DNA from: Muribaculaceae bacterium
Lineage (GTDB): Bacteria > Bacteroidota > Bacteroidia > Bacteroidales > Muribaculaceae
DNA: 64,000 nucleotides
Direction: 5' to 3'
Assembly: GCA_022509085.1 (NCBI GenBank)
Contig: JAFLTW010000002.1
Span: 54,455 to 118,454 of the forward strand
Below the pieces are notes generated by a model. The model was not told the DNA's origin and searched no databases. It was given only the letters and a program-made list of their open reading frames with translations. Below, in pieces: positions 1 through 9,173 of this stretch (its first letter is position 1; each line of letters starts with the position of its first letter). The position numbers and the translations under genes were made by a program.

Positions 1-121
1 TCAGCAAACGGAGCAGAAAACTTTTCCCGACTCTGCGCTGACCAATCAGCACGAGCATCATCCCCTTGTTGAGACGCTGAACGATATGAGAGATATATTT
101 GGGACGGTCAATTAGATTCAT
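1..121 (-). CDS. AAA-family ATP-binding protein (AAA_14/DUF4143-like), 5' part only; runs off window
   Basis: Manual translation from ATG at 121: MNLIDRPKYISHIVQRLNKGMMLVLIGQRRVGKSFLLRLL, with Walker A GQRRVGKS. Not in the supplied ORF track. Confidence 0.8.
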   Translation of the reverse strand, partial: MNLIDRPKYISHIVQRLNKGMMLVLIGQRRVGKSFLLRLL

Positions 122-160
122 AATAGTTCTTTCCCTACGGTGTTTAATAACCTTACGGTG

Positions 161-192
161 CAAAATTACCCATTTATAACAAGAAAAACAAA
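161..192 (-). promoter_or_regulatory. Bacteroidetes sigma-A promoter (-33/-7) for the AAA ATPase
   Basis: Minus strand TTTG (192-189)-N20-TAATTTTG (168-161). Confidence 0.75.
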
Positions 193-352
193 CAAAATCT
201 GCAAAATTACCCACTTATAACACGCAAAACCACCAATTATACCAACTTTACCCACTTATAACACGCAAAATTGCCAATTATGTCGATTTTACCCACTTAT
301 AACACGAAAAATCACCAATTATACCGACTTTACCCACTTATAACACGCAAAA
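166..352. repeat. Five-copy tandem array, exact 41-bp period, 23-bp core TTACCCACTTATAACACGCAAAA
   Basis: Cores start at 166, 207, 248, 289 and 330; the 18-bp linkers are related to each other. Confidence 0.95.
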
Positions 353-463
353 TTGGCGAGTAGCCCTCGCGCTGCCAGAGGCATCGCTGTTTGTCTCCGG
401 GTGAAATCCAAAGTATCTGCAACCGGACGGCGGGGTGGAGTGTTAGATAAGAAAAGGACAGAT

Positions 464-832
464 ATGAAAGTATTGGGAAATATTATATGGGTAGTGTTTG
501 GCGGTCTGATGATTGCCATCGAATATTTTATGTCAAGTATTGCCATGATGGCCACAATCATCGGTATTCCATTCGGTATACAGACGATGAAACTTGCCCT
601 CGTTGCCCTGTGGCCCTTCGGCACATCGATTCACAGCGACGGCTGGCCTTCGGGCTGCCTGGCCGGCATAATGAACGTAATATGGTGGATTGTCGGCGGT
701 TTCGTGATTGCCCTGACCCACATTGTCTGGGGCGTGATTTTCTACATCACCATCATCGGCATCCCCTTCGGCAACCAGCACTTCAAACTGGCTTATCTCG
801 CCCTCTTCCCCTTCGGCAAAACCCTCAGCTGA
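464..832 (+). CDS. yccF: YccF-domain (DUF307 x2) inner membrane protein
   Basis: MKVLGNIIWVVFGG... with two TIIGIPFG...KLA..AL.PFG repeats; ATG 464 chosen over upstream ORF start. Confidence 0.9.
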   Translation: MKVLGNIIWVVFGGLMIAIEYFMSSIAMMATIIGIPFGIQTMKLALVALWPFGTSIHSDGWPSGCLAGIMNVIWWIVGGFVIALTHIVWGVIFYITIIGIPFGNQHFKLAYLALFPFGKTLS

Positions 833-837
833 ACATA

Positions 838-1075
838 GGGAGGGCTGTTCAAGAGAGGGATTGGCTCGCATTCGCTCGCCCATCCCTTAGGGAGGATGCG
901 GTTCAAGGAGGAGAGGGATTGGCTCGCATACGCTCGCCCATCCCTGAGGGGAAGCTGTTCAAGAGGAGAGGGATTGGCTCGCATGCGCTCGTCCATCCCT
1001 TGAGGGGGAAGCTGTTCAAGGAGGAGAGGGATTGGCTCGCATACGCTCGCCCATCCCTGAGTGGGGGAAGCTGTT

Positions 1076-1080
<5 letters not shown>
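838..1080. repeat. Four 33-bp hairpin repeats (GAGGGATTGGCTCGCATACGCTCGCCCATCCCT) with related linkers ending GTTCAAG; tRNA-linked/BIME-like array
   Basis: Copies at 855-887, 913-945, 968-1000 and 1026-1058; stem AGGGAT/ATCCCT. Confidence 0.95.
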
Positions 1081-1308
<228 letters not shown>

Positions 1309-1349
1309 GTAAAAGAGTCGCTAAGAGGACCAAAACCCCTTAACGACTG

Positions 1350-1381
1350 CAAAGTTATGAATTTTTTTTTAAAGCACCAAA
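1350..1381 (-). promoter_or_regulatory. -33/-7 promoter of tRNA-Ser
   Basis: TTTG-N20-TAACTTTG on minus strand. Confidence 0.8.
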
Positions 1382-1382
1382 A

Positions 1383-1994
1383 TTATTTGCGAGCCTTAGC
1401 AGCTTTGCGCAGTGCCTGAATGTGTTCGTGGATGGAGAAAGTCTCACCCTTCGTGCTCAGGCTGTTCTTGTAGTCGTCGAATTTCTTCTTGTTGACATAG
1501 GAGATCGAGAGGTAGTCCTCATCGTCGATGTCTAACCATACGTACATGTTACCCTTGGTGAAAGTGAAGGCACCGTCGCCGTTGGCTACAACTTCGCCAT
1601 ATTTCTTGCTCAGATAAGTAAGCACGGTGTTGGCGTCGAGGTCGTAGAGCTCTACCATTACCTCTACAGATTCCTTGTCGGGAACTACAGAAGGATTTGC
1701 TTCGATATCTTCGAAGGTGAAGAAGCAGTCTACCTCTGCAATGTTGTCACCAAGATCATTGCCATCGTTGTCGTAGAAGATGCCGTCGATGTCCTGATAG
1801 TAAGGAGTAAAGTCTTTCATCTTCTTGGTGATGATTTCATCACGATCCTTGTTGAGAAGGTCGCTGTAGTCGGTCAGCGTGATTTCATCGCCTTCGTTGT
1901 CAAGAATGGGTTCGTCGTCGTCACCGCAAGAGGTGAAAGCAATCAGAGGAAGTGCGAAAAGCACTGCCCATACGAGTTTCATCGCTTTTTTCAT
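1383..1994 (-). CDS. Hypothetical lipoprotein
   Basis: Signal peptide ending in lipobox FTSC; acidic body. Confidence 0.8.
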   Translation of the reverse strand: MKKAMKLVWAVLFALPLIAFTSCGDDDEPILDNEGDEITLTDYSDLLNKDRDEIITKKMKDFTPYYQDIDGIFYDNDGNDLGDNIAEVDCFFTFEDIEANPSVVPDKESVEVMVELYDLDANTVLTYLSKKYGEVVANGDGAFTFTKGNMYVWLDIDDEDYLSISYVNKKKFDDYKNSLSTKGETFSIHEHIQALRKAAKARK

Positions 1995-2065
1995 CTGTTC
2001 TTAAATTATTTAAAATTAATGTTTTCCAAGCTTGCTGAATGGCCCTTTTTCGGCCAAAAGCGTTG

Positions 2066-2097
2066 CAAAGTTACTAAATTTTTCCCATTTCACCAAA
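2066..2097 (-). promoter_or_regulatory. -33/-7 promoter of the lipoprotein gene
   Basis: TTTG (2097-2094)-N20-TAACTTTG (2073-2066). Confidence 0.75.
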
Positions 2098-2213
2098 AAT
2101 CTTTTTTCAGAGTCGTCACGTCCCGAACCGACTCCCCGAAACTCTACTCCTCCATTTCACTCATACTTCAAAATAATTTGCTAACTTTGTGGCACAAATC
2201 AATCATACTACAT

Positions 2214-3773
2214 ATGGAGCAGGTATACGGCATAGGCGAACAAAGTTTCAGTGAACTGAGAAAATATGAGCAGGTTTATGTCGACAAGACGTCTTTTATA
2301 CCCCTTTTGATCAAAAATAAATTCTATTTCCTTAGCCGTCCGAGAAGGTTTGGTAAAAGCCTTTTCCTCTCTACTCTCGAGCAATTCTTTAGTGGTAACA
2401 AACACCTCTTTAATGGGCTTGCGGTTGAGAATTTCAACTGGGATTGGGCGCAATATCCTGTGGTGAGAATTGATTTCAGTCAGGGTGGATTCCATGAGGA
2501 AAACGCACTCAAAGATAGAATACATTATGTGCTTGAATCCCTCGAAAAACAATATGACATTCCTCCTTTCAGCGGAAGTATAAGCAGCCGTTTCGACAAT
2601 CTTCTCAAATCCTTGTATCAAAAATTTGATAGGGGGGTTGTGGTGCTTGTTGACGAATACGAGAAGCCTTTGCTTGACGTCTACGGGAAAAAGATTTTTT
2701 CAACTTATCGAGATGATCTTGCTGAGTTTTATTCCGTGTTTAAGGGTAATTCCGAAATCATCCGTTTTCTTTTCCTAACAGGGGTAACACGGTTTGGCCA
2801 CCTTAATATTTTTTCCGGTCTTAACAATCTGAAAGATATATCGGTGGATGAGAGATTCTCTACAATTTGCGGTATTACCCAGCAGGAAATTGAAGAATAT
2901 CTAAACCCGGGGGTGGAAAAACTGGCAAATAAGATTCAGGTGACTACGGCTGAGATGGTTGAACTCCTTAAGAAGATGTATGACGGTTACCATTTCAGCT
3001 CAGGCATGAAAGATGTCTACAATCCTTTCTCTCTCCTTTCTGCCCTTGACTTTGGAGAAATGAATTTTTATTGGGCCCAAACGGGGAATTCCACATTTCT
3101 TTTAAATATACTTAAGGCCAAGAATTACGATTTATACAAGCTGGAGGATACCGTGGTGTCGCAGAGTGAACTGCTTGGCCTTGATGCAGAATTCATGAAC
3201 CCGACAACCCTCCTTTATCAAAGCGGCTATCTTACAATAAAAAACTATGAGCTTAAAAATTTGAGAGGTTTATACAGACTGGGAATTCCTAATAAAGAGG
3301 TGAAGCAATCGCTTTACAGCAAGCTGATTCCGTTTTATCTGGGAAAAGAAGATCAGTTTGATGATGATGAGTCGCAAAAATTGAACGCTCTTCTTGAGCA
3401 AGGGAAGGCGGAAGACATGATGCGATGGCTTGCCGCATTTTTCAGTAAAGCTTCATTCTCCACTAAGCTAAGATATGAAAGAGACTTCCAGTTTATCGTT
3501 TATGCAATATTTGCAGTGGTAAAGATGCTTGACGACATACACATGGAGTATTCCATGAGTTCGGGAGTAGCAGACCTTGTGGTGGAAACATCCAAATTCG
3601 TGTATCTTTTTGAATTTAAAGTGGATCAATCTCCTGAGGAGGCCTTGAGTCAGATAGATTTCAGAAGCTATTCTCTCCCGTGGTCGGCTTCGGGTCGGAA
3701 AGTTTATAAGATTGGGGCAGTTTTTTCATCAGTCAACAACGGAATTCTACAGTATAGGATAATTGAGGGATGA
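2214..3773 (+). CDS. AAA-ATPase-like protein with C-terminal PD-(D/E)XK nuclease domain
   Basis: YGIGEQSFSELR..YVDKT, Walker A SRPRRFGKS, LVDEYEKP, C-terminal ADL..E....YLFEFK. ATG 2214 follows a TAACTTTG -7 box (2182-2189). AT-rich relative to neighbours. Confidence 0.9.
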   Translation: MEQVYGIGEQSFSELRKYEQVYVDKTSFIPLLIKNKFYFLSRPRRFGKSLFLSTLEQFFSGNKHLFNGLAVENFNWDWAQYPVVRIDFSQGGFHEENALKDRIHYVLESLEKQYDIPPFSGSISSRFDNLLKSLYQKFDRGVVVLVDEYEKPLLDVYGKKIFSTYRDDLAEFYSVFKGNSEIIRFLFLTGVTRFGHLNIFSGLNNLKDISVDERFSTICGITQQEIEEYLNPGVEKLANKIQVTTAEMVELLKKMYDGYHFSSGMKDVYNPFSLLSALDFGEMNFYWAQTGNSTFLLNILKAKNYDLYKLEDTVVSQSELLGLDAEFMNPTTLLYQSGYLTIKNYELKNLRGLYRLGIPNKEVKQSLYSKLIPFYLGKEDQFDDDESQKLNALLEQGKAEDMMRWLAAFFSKASFSTKLRYERDFQFIVYAIFAVVKMLDDIHMEYSMSSGVADLVVETSKFVYLFEFKVDQSPEEALSQIDFRSYSLPWSASGRKVYKIGAVFSSVNNGILQYRIIEG

Positions 3774-3833
3774 GGATAGTATACGGGCAACTTAAGGGGA
3801 GGATGGGTTGTTATATAGGAAAACGAGAAGGAA

Positions 3834-5015
3834 ATGGCTGATTCTAATTTTATCGACTATGTGAAGATACTGTGCCGCTCCGGTAAGGGCGGCGCCGGCT
3901 CAAGACACTATCACCGCGCCAAATATATCCCCAAGGGTGGACCCGACGGTGGCGACGGAGGACGCGGCGGACATATCATCCTCAAGGGCAACCGCCATAT
4001 GTGGACTCTGCTTCCCCTGCGCTTTAAACGCCACGTCTTCGCTACCGACGGCCAGTCGGGCGGCGAGAACCGATCCACAGGGAAAGACGGTGAAGACAGG
4101 ATAATCGAGGTGCCCGTGGGCACCGCCGTCTTCGACGCCGACTCCGGCGACTTCCTCTGCGAGGTGACAGAAGACGGCCAGGAGGTGAAGCTGCTCCGCG
4201 GCGGCAAGGGTGGCCTCGGCAACGTGCATTTCGCTACCGCCACCAACCGCGCTCCACGCTATGCGCAGCCCGGCCAGCCCGGCATCGAGAAAGCCGTGGT
4301 GCTCGAGCTGAAGCTCCTCGGCGATGTGGGTCTCGTGGGCTTCCCCAACGCCGGCAAGTCAACCCTGCTCTCAGCCATCTCGGCCGCCAAACCCAAGATT
4401 GCCGACTATCCCTTCACCACGATGGAGCCGAGTCTCGGCATCGTTGACTACCGCGGCGACAAGTCGTTCGTGATGGCCGATATCCCCGGAATCATCGAGG
4501 GTGCAAGCGAAGGAAGAGGTCTCGGCCTGCGGTTCCTCCGCCACATTGAGCGCAACGCCGTGCTACTCTTCATGGTACCTGCCGACAGCGACGACATAAA
4601 GAAAAGCTACGAAATTTTGAGAAGGGAACTCCATGAGTTCAACCCCGACCTCTCCGACAAGAGCCGGGTGCTCGCCATCTCTAAAAGCGACCTGCTCGAC
4701 GACGAACTGAGGGAGGAGCTGCAGAAGGAACTCCCCGACGACTGCCCCACTGTGTTTATATCTGCAGCCACGGGCGAGGGCCTGACCGAACTGAAAGACC
4801 TGCTCTGGCGCGAGATAAATTCCGAAACCAATATGGTGCAGACATTCAAACACAGACCTCTCGACGTGCGCCACCGCGTGCAGGAGGAGGATGACTTCCT
4901 CTTCGAGCAACTCGACGGCGAAGGAGGTCAGGGCCAGAACGTGCAGGACGTGCTCTGGGAAGACGAGTTCTGGGACGAGGAGAACTCCGTCAACGGTTAC
5001 GAAGACGGTCTATAG
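3834..5015 (+). CDS. obgE: GTPase ObgE/CgtA
   Basis: Gly-rich Obg N-terminus, [17 protein letters not shown] motifs. Confidence 0.97.
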   Translation: MADSNFIDYVKILCRSGKGGAGSRHYHRAKYIPKGGPDGGDGGRGGHIILKGNRHMWTLLPLRFKRHVFATDGQSGGENRSTGKDGEDRIIEVPVGTAVFDADSGDFLCEVTEDGQEVKLLRGGKGGLGNVHFATATNRAPRYAQPGQPGIEKAVVLELKLLGDVGLVGFPNAGKSTLLSAISAAKPKIADYPFTTMEPSLGIVDYRGDKSFVMADIPGIIEGASEGRGLGLRFLRHIERNAVLLFMVPADSDDIKKSYEILRRELHEFNPDLSDKSRVLAISKSDLLDDELREELQKELPDDCPTVFISAATGEGLTELKDLLWREINSETNMVQTFKHRPLDVRHRVQEEDDFLFEQLDGEGGQGQNVQDVLWEDEFWDEENSVNGYEDGL

Positions 5016-5028
5016 CCCTTCCCTCTCC

Positions 5029-5865
5029 ATGAAAGAGCTTATACAGTTAAACCTGACTGAAATCATCAGAAAGCGCGCGGGAAGCAAAGGGAAATGGATT
5101 CCCGCCGGTCTCCTGCATGCCCTTGAGCGCATAATCCGTCAGGATGAGCTCAACGAGATGCTCCGGGTGGCCTATCCGGCCGAGGGCTCGGAATTCTCGA
5201 AGCGCATCCTTAGCCATCTCGATATCACAGTGGATGTCAGCGGACTGGACTCCCTGCCTGCCGACACTCCCTACATCTTCGCCTCCAACCATCCCTTGGG
5301 TGGCCTTGACGGCATAGCGCTTGTGGCCGTGCTCGGCGAACACTATGGCGACGACAATGTCCGCGTTATGGTCAACGACCTGCTGATGAACGTCTCGCCC
5401 CTTGCAGGCGTCTTTCTTCCCATCAACAAGTATGGCAGTGCCGGGGCACGCGAGAGCTCGCGACTGCTCAACGAGGCGCTCGGGCAGGGGAAGCAGATCG
5501 TGATGTTTCCCGCCGGACTTGTGTCGCGTCTGCATCCCGGAGGCGTGATTAAAGACCTCCCCTGGAAGAAGAGCTTCGTGAGCAAGGCTATCGACTATGG
5601 CAGGAGCATTGTGCCCGTGAGTTTCGGCGCGCTCAACTCCATGAGGTTTTACCGCACGGCAAAATGGCGTAAGAAGCTGGGAGTCAAGGTTAACGTGGAG
5701 CAGGCCCTGCTCCCCTCCGAACTATGCAAGACGCGCGGCAAGCGCTTCTTCATCCGCTTCGGCACGCCGGTAAGTCCCGCAGCCCTGAAGGCCGAGGGTC
5801 TCTCTCTCAATCAGATTATAGAAAGGATTTACGACGCCTCGCGCTCCGGGCTCAGTGAAGCCTGA
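5029..5865 (+). CDS. Glycerol/phospholipid acyltransferase (PlsC-like)
   Basis: NHPLGGLDG and FPAG motifs; start set at MKELIQ. Confidence 0.85.
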   Translation: MKELIQLNLTEIIRKRAGSKGKWIPAGLLHALERIIRQDELNEMLRVAYPAEGSEFSKRILSHLDITVDVSGLDSLPADTPYIFASNHPLGGLDGIALVAVLGEHYGDDNVRVMVNDLLMNVSPLAGVFLPINKYGSAGARESSRLLNEALGQGKQIVMFPAGLVSRLHPGGVIKDLPWKKSFVSKAIDYGRSIVPVSFGALNSMRFYRTAKWRKKLGVKVNVEQALLPSELCKTRGKRFFIRFGTPVSPAALKAEGLSLNQIIERIYDASRSGLSEA

Positions 5866-5871
5866 AAAGGC

Positions 5872-6888
5872 TTACGCCATGAGCTCGCAGGCGTGGCGGT
5901 AGTCGTCGGGGCTGCCGATGTCTATCCATCTCCCGTCGATAACGTATAGCGACACTCTGCGGCCGTCGGCCAGCAGGCGGTCGATGAGGTCGGTGGCGTC
6001 CATGTATTCCCCTTTGGGGATGGCGTCCACGACGTCGCGCCTGAGCATGTAGATGCCGGCGTTGGCGTAATAGTTGTAGGTGGGTTTTTCAGTGAATCCC
6101 TTCACGGAGTCGCCCTGATGGTCAACAATGGCGTAGGGCACGGAGACGGTATAAGGGATGACGGCCATGGTGAGCCATGCTTCCGTGTCGATATGGCGCA
6201 GATACATGGCCTCGAGGTTGATGTCGGTGAGAAGGTCGGCGTTCATCACCACCACATTCGGCGCCTTGAGGTCGGCTATCAGCGAGAGGCTCCCTATCGT
6301 GCCGAGTCTTTTGGGCTCCTCCACACACGTCACCCCGGGTTGGCTTTCACCGAAGTGGGCGATCACCTGCTCCTTCAGATAGTTGACGGTGACGAATATG
6401 TTTTCGATGCCGAAGGCGTGCATAAGCTCGACATTATGGTCGATTATGGGTTTCCGGCCTACCGGTAACAGCGGTTTGGGTGTCTTCTCGGTGAGGGGGC
6501 GCAGGCGTTCGCCGATGCCGCCGGCCATGAGCACACCGTCGGCAGGCACGAGACCGCGCTGGCGACGGAGGTCGACGAGGGAGACGATGACGCCCTGCTC
6601 CACCACCGGGAGCAGCACTACCCCGCGCCTGCGGGCCTCGGCGATGGTTGAGGCGGCGTCGCCTCCACGCTCTATGCGGAGGCATTCGCGCCGGCAGATG
6701 CCGTCTACGGTGGCCTCGAGGGTCTTCCCGGCAAGCAGGGCGCGCCTGATGTCGCCGTCGGTGAGGCTGCCCGTGAGTCGCCCATCGGAGTCGGTGGCGA
6801 AGAGGGTCATGGTCTCGCCCGAAAGCCTGTTGAGCTGCTCGAGGGCCTTGAAGAGGGGGGCGCGGTCGGAGATTAGATGCTGTCTCAT
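5872..6888 (-). CDS. CBS-domain sugar-phosphate nucleotidyltransferase
   Basis: N-terminal CBS-like GSLTDGDIRR; MAGGIGERLRPLT..PKPLL; WIDIG. Confidence 0.9.
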   Translation of the reverse strand: MRQHLISDRAPLFKALEQLNRLSGETMTLFATDSDGRLTGSLTDGDIRRALLAGKTLEATVDGICRRECLRIERGGDAASTIAEARRRGVVLLPVVEQGVIVSLVDLRRQRGLVPADGVLMAGGIGERLRPLTEKTPKPLLPVGRKPIIDHNVELMHAFGIENIFVTVNYLKEQVIAHFGESQPGVTCVEEPKRLGTIGSLSLIADLKAPNVVVMNADLLTDINLEAMYLRHIDTEAWLTMAVIPYTVSVPYAIVDHQGDSVKGFTEKPTYNYYANAGIYMLRRDVVDAIPKGEYMDATDLIDRLLADGRRVSLYVIDGRWIDIGSPDDYRHACELMA

Positions 6889-7994
6889 CTGTCGGATGTC
6901 TGTCTCAGTCGGGTGAAGTAGAAGTCGAGCACGTCGCGGGCGGCCGTGAAGGAGCTCTGCTCATTGTTGAGTATGCGCATCTCTTTCTGCTCCAGGAGTT
7001 CCTTGATCTGCGGGAAGCGGTAGAAGCTGGCCTTGAGCTGCTCGTTGATGGTCTCAGTCATCCAGTATTTTGCCTGCTCGTTGCGCTTGCGCTCGAAGTA
7101 GCCGGTGCGTTCCACGTAGTCGAAGTATCGGTCGATCATGTCCCACACCTTGTCGATGTCGTAGCCGAAGTAGCCGCTGTAGGTAATCACCTCGGGTTTC
7201 CAGCGGCTGGGAGTGGGCGGGAAGAGGTGCAGGGCGTTGCGAAACTGTGCGGCGGCCAGGCGGGCGCGCTCCACGTTGTCGCCGTCGCATTTGTTGATCA
7301 CGATGCCGTCGGCCATCTCCATGATGCCGCGCTTTATGCCCTGGAGCTCGTCGCCGGTGCCGGCGAGCTGGATGAGGAGGAAGAAGTCAACCATGGAGTG
7401 TACGGCCGTCTCGCTCTGGCCTACGCCGACTGTCTCCACGAAAATGCGGTCGTAGCCTGCGGCCTCGCAGAGCACGATGGTCTCGCGTGTCTTGCGCGCC
7501 ACGCCGCCGAGCGACCCCGCGGAAGGGGAGGGGCGGATGAAAGCGTCATGGTTCTGCGAGAGTTTCTCCATGCGAGTCTTGTCGCCCAGGATGCTGCCGC
7601 GGGTGCGCTCCGAGCTGGGATCGATGGCCAGCACGGCGAGCTTGTGTCCCTGGCGTATCACGTGGAGACCGAATTCGTCAATCGAGGTTGACTTGCCGGC
7701 ACCGGGTACGCCCGTGATGCCGATTCGACGCGACTTGCCGGAGTGGGGCAGGCATTTCTCTATCACCTCCTGCGCCACGGCCTGATGTTCGTCGACGGTG
7801 CTCTCCACCAGGGTTACGGCGCGGCTCAGCATGCTGATGTCGCCCTTGAGTATACCCTCCACGTATTCGGCGGGTGTGAAGGAGCGGCGCCTGCGGGGGC
7901 GCCCCGTAAGGTAGGGATTTACCGTTGGTTGCGAGCTCACGCCGGAGTTGACGGTGAGCCCTTTGTATTCGCTGTCGTTTTCAGGATGGTGCAT
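6885..7994 (-). CDS. meaB: Methylmalonyl-CoA mutase-associated GTPase
   Basis: GITGVPGAGKST, DPSS..T.GSILGDKTRM, ETVGVGQSE, NKCD. Confidence 0.95.
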   Translation of the reverse strand: MHHPENDSEYKGLTVNSGVSSQPTVNPYLTGRPRRRRSFTPAEYVEGILKGDISMLSRAVTLVESTVDEHQAVAQEVIEKCLPHSGKSRRIGITGVPGAGKSTSIDEFGLHVIRQGHKLAVLAIDPSSERTRGSILGDKTRMEKLSQNHDAFIRPSPSAGSLGGVARKTRETIVLCEAAGYDRIFVETVGVGQSETAVHSMVDFFLLIQLAGTGDELQGIKRGIMEMADGIVINKCDGDNVERARLAAAQFRNALHLFPPTPSRWKPEVITYSGYFGYDIDKVWDMIDRYFDYVERTGYFERKRNEQAKYWMTETINEQLKASFYRFPQIKELLEQKEMRILNNEQSSFTAARDVLDFYFTRLRQTSDR

Positions 7995-8000
7995 GGAGGC

Positions 8001-8735
8001 TTATTTTTGTATGATGATCTTGAGGGGAGTGTATGGTTGCGTTTTCAATGTCTCGGGGTCGTGGGAGGTGTAAAGCCTGAGGGTGTATTCAATCCGGCCG
8101 GTGCGTGGCTCCTTGAGGGGGTCTACGTAAAGGCCGATCATCCCTTTCTCGCCGGGCGGGACGGGCGAAGGAAACGTCTGTGATGTCACTGCCTCGCTGT
8201 CGCTCTCCACGAGAGTCCATACGGGTAGGTCGCCGGCGTTGTAGACGTCGGCGTAGAGTGTCTTCTCCTCTGTCTGGAGAGGCAGCAGGGGCATGAAGGT
8301 GGTCTCCGAGAGGTGAAGCAGTCCGCCGTCGGAAGGGTAGACGCGTTTCAAGGTCTCTTCTGAGGCTACGACGGTGCCGGTGATGGGCACGCGTATCATC
8401 TCTCCCTCGGTTGGGTAAATCTTTACGGCCTTCTCAAATCTTCCGGGGCGCCTGTAGGGGTCGTAGGTGAGGTCGATCCATGCGGAGTCGCCGGGCGCTA
8501 TGGGCGTTTTCAGGAAGTCGGCGGCCGTGCAGCCGCATGTGGGGCGCACTTTCAGAATGCCGAGGGTGTCGGGAGATGCATTGCTCACATACATGCGGAC
8601 GCTTTTTGGCCCCTCTGATTCAAGGAGAGTCCCGAAAGATACGGTGTCGGCCGTCGCCACAATCTGAGAGTGTGCGACGGCCGCCATTATGAGCAATATA
8701 GCGGCGAAGGCGAACCGGAGTGGAACGAGACGCAT
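8001..8735 (-). CDS. DUF1573 domain protein
   Basis: Signal peptide; V.PTCGCT...PIAPG motif. Confidence 0.85.
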   Translation of the reverse strand: MRLVPLRFAFAAILLIMAAVAHSQIVATADTVSFGTLLESEGPKSVRMYVSNASPDTLGILKVRPTCGCTAADFLKTPIAPGDSAWIDLTYDPYRRPGRFEKAVKIYPTEGEMIRVPITGTVVASEETLKRVYPSDGGLLHLSETTFMPLLPLQTEEKTLYADVYNAGDLPVWTLVESDSEAVTSQTFPSPVPPGEKGMIGLYVDPLKEPRTGRIEYTLRLYTSHDPETLKTQPYTPLKIIIQK

Positions 8736-8736
8736 C

Positions 8737-9129
8737 TTACGGAGCTACGGTGCCGCGGATTTTGAGGCGTACCTTTTTGGGGCTGCCGTTGGTCTTGATG
8801 GTGACGGTTTTCTCGAAACTGCCGGGTCGGCCTACGGGGTTGTAGGTTACCTTTACCTTCCCCTTTTTGCCGGGAGCTACGGGCTTGTCGGGCCATTCGG
8901 GACGGGTGCAGCCGCACTCTGCCGTGGCATCGAGGATCACGAGGTTGCCCGTGCCCGTGTTGGTGAATTCGAAGTTATGGCTCGCAGGCTGGTCGCTTTT
9001 TATGGTGCCGAAGTCCCATACGCTCTCGGTGAAGGAGATGGAGGGTGTGCCCTCGGCTGCCTTTTTCTTGGCCGTAGCCGTTGCTGCCACGAGTATGATC
9101 GCCGCGAGTATGATCAGTGTTTTTTTCAT
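8737..9129 (-). CDS. DUF1573 domain protein
   Basis: WDFG.I...F.FTNTG...LVI..A.A.CGCT.P...PVAPG. Confidence 0.9.
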   Translation of the reverse strand: MKKTLIILAAIILVAATATAKKKAAEGTPSISFTESVWDFGTIKSDQPASHNFEFTNTGTGNLVILDATAECGCTRPEWPDKPVAPGKKGKVKVTYNPVGRPGSFEKTVTIKTNGSPKKVRLKIRGTVAP

Positions 9130-9173
9130 AAGTCGACTTTTCTCAATAAACGCGTGCGATACCCGAATTAGTG

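Noticed and set aside
166-352. CRISPR array interpretation of the 41-bp repeats
   Set aside because: Linkers are only 18 bp and homologous to each other; no cas genes in the window.
2019-2213. Upstream extensions of track ORFs (2019, 4891, 19945, 29997, 44023, 49946, 55554, 55907)
   Set aside because: They run through promoters or neighbouring genes; downstream ATGs fit the family N-termini and -7 box positions.
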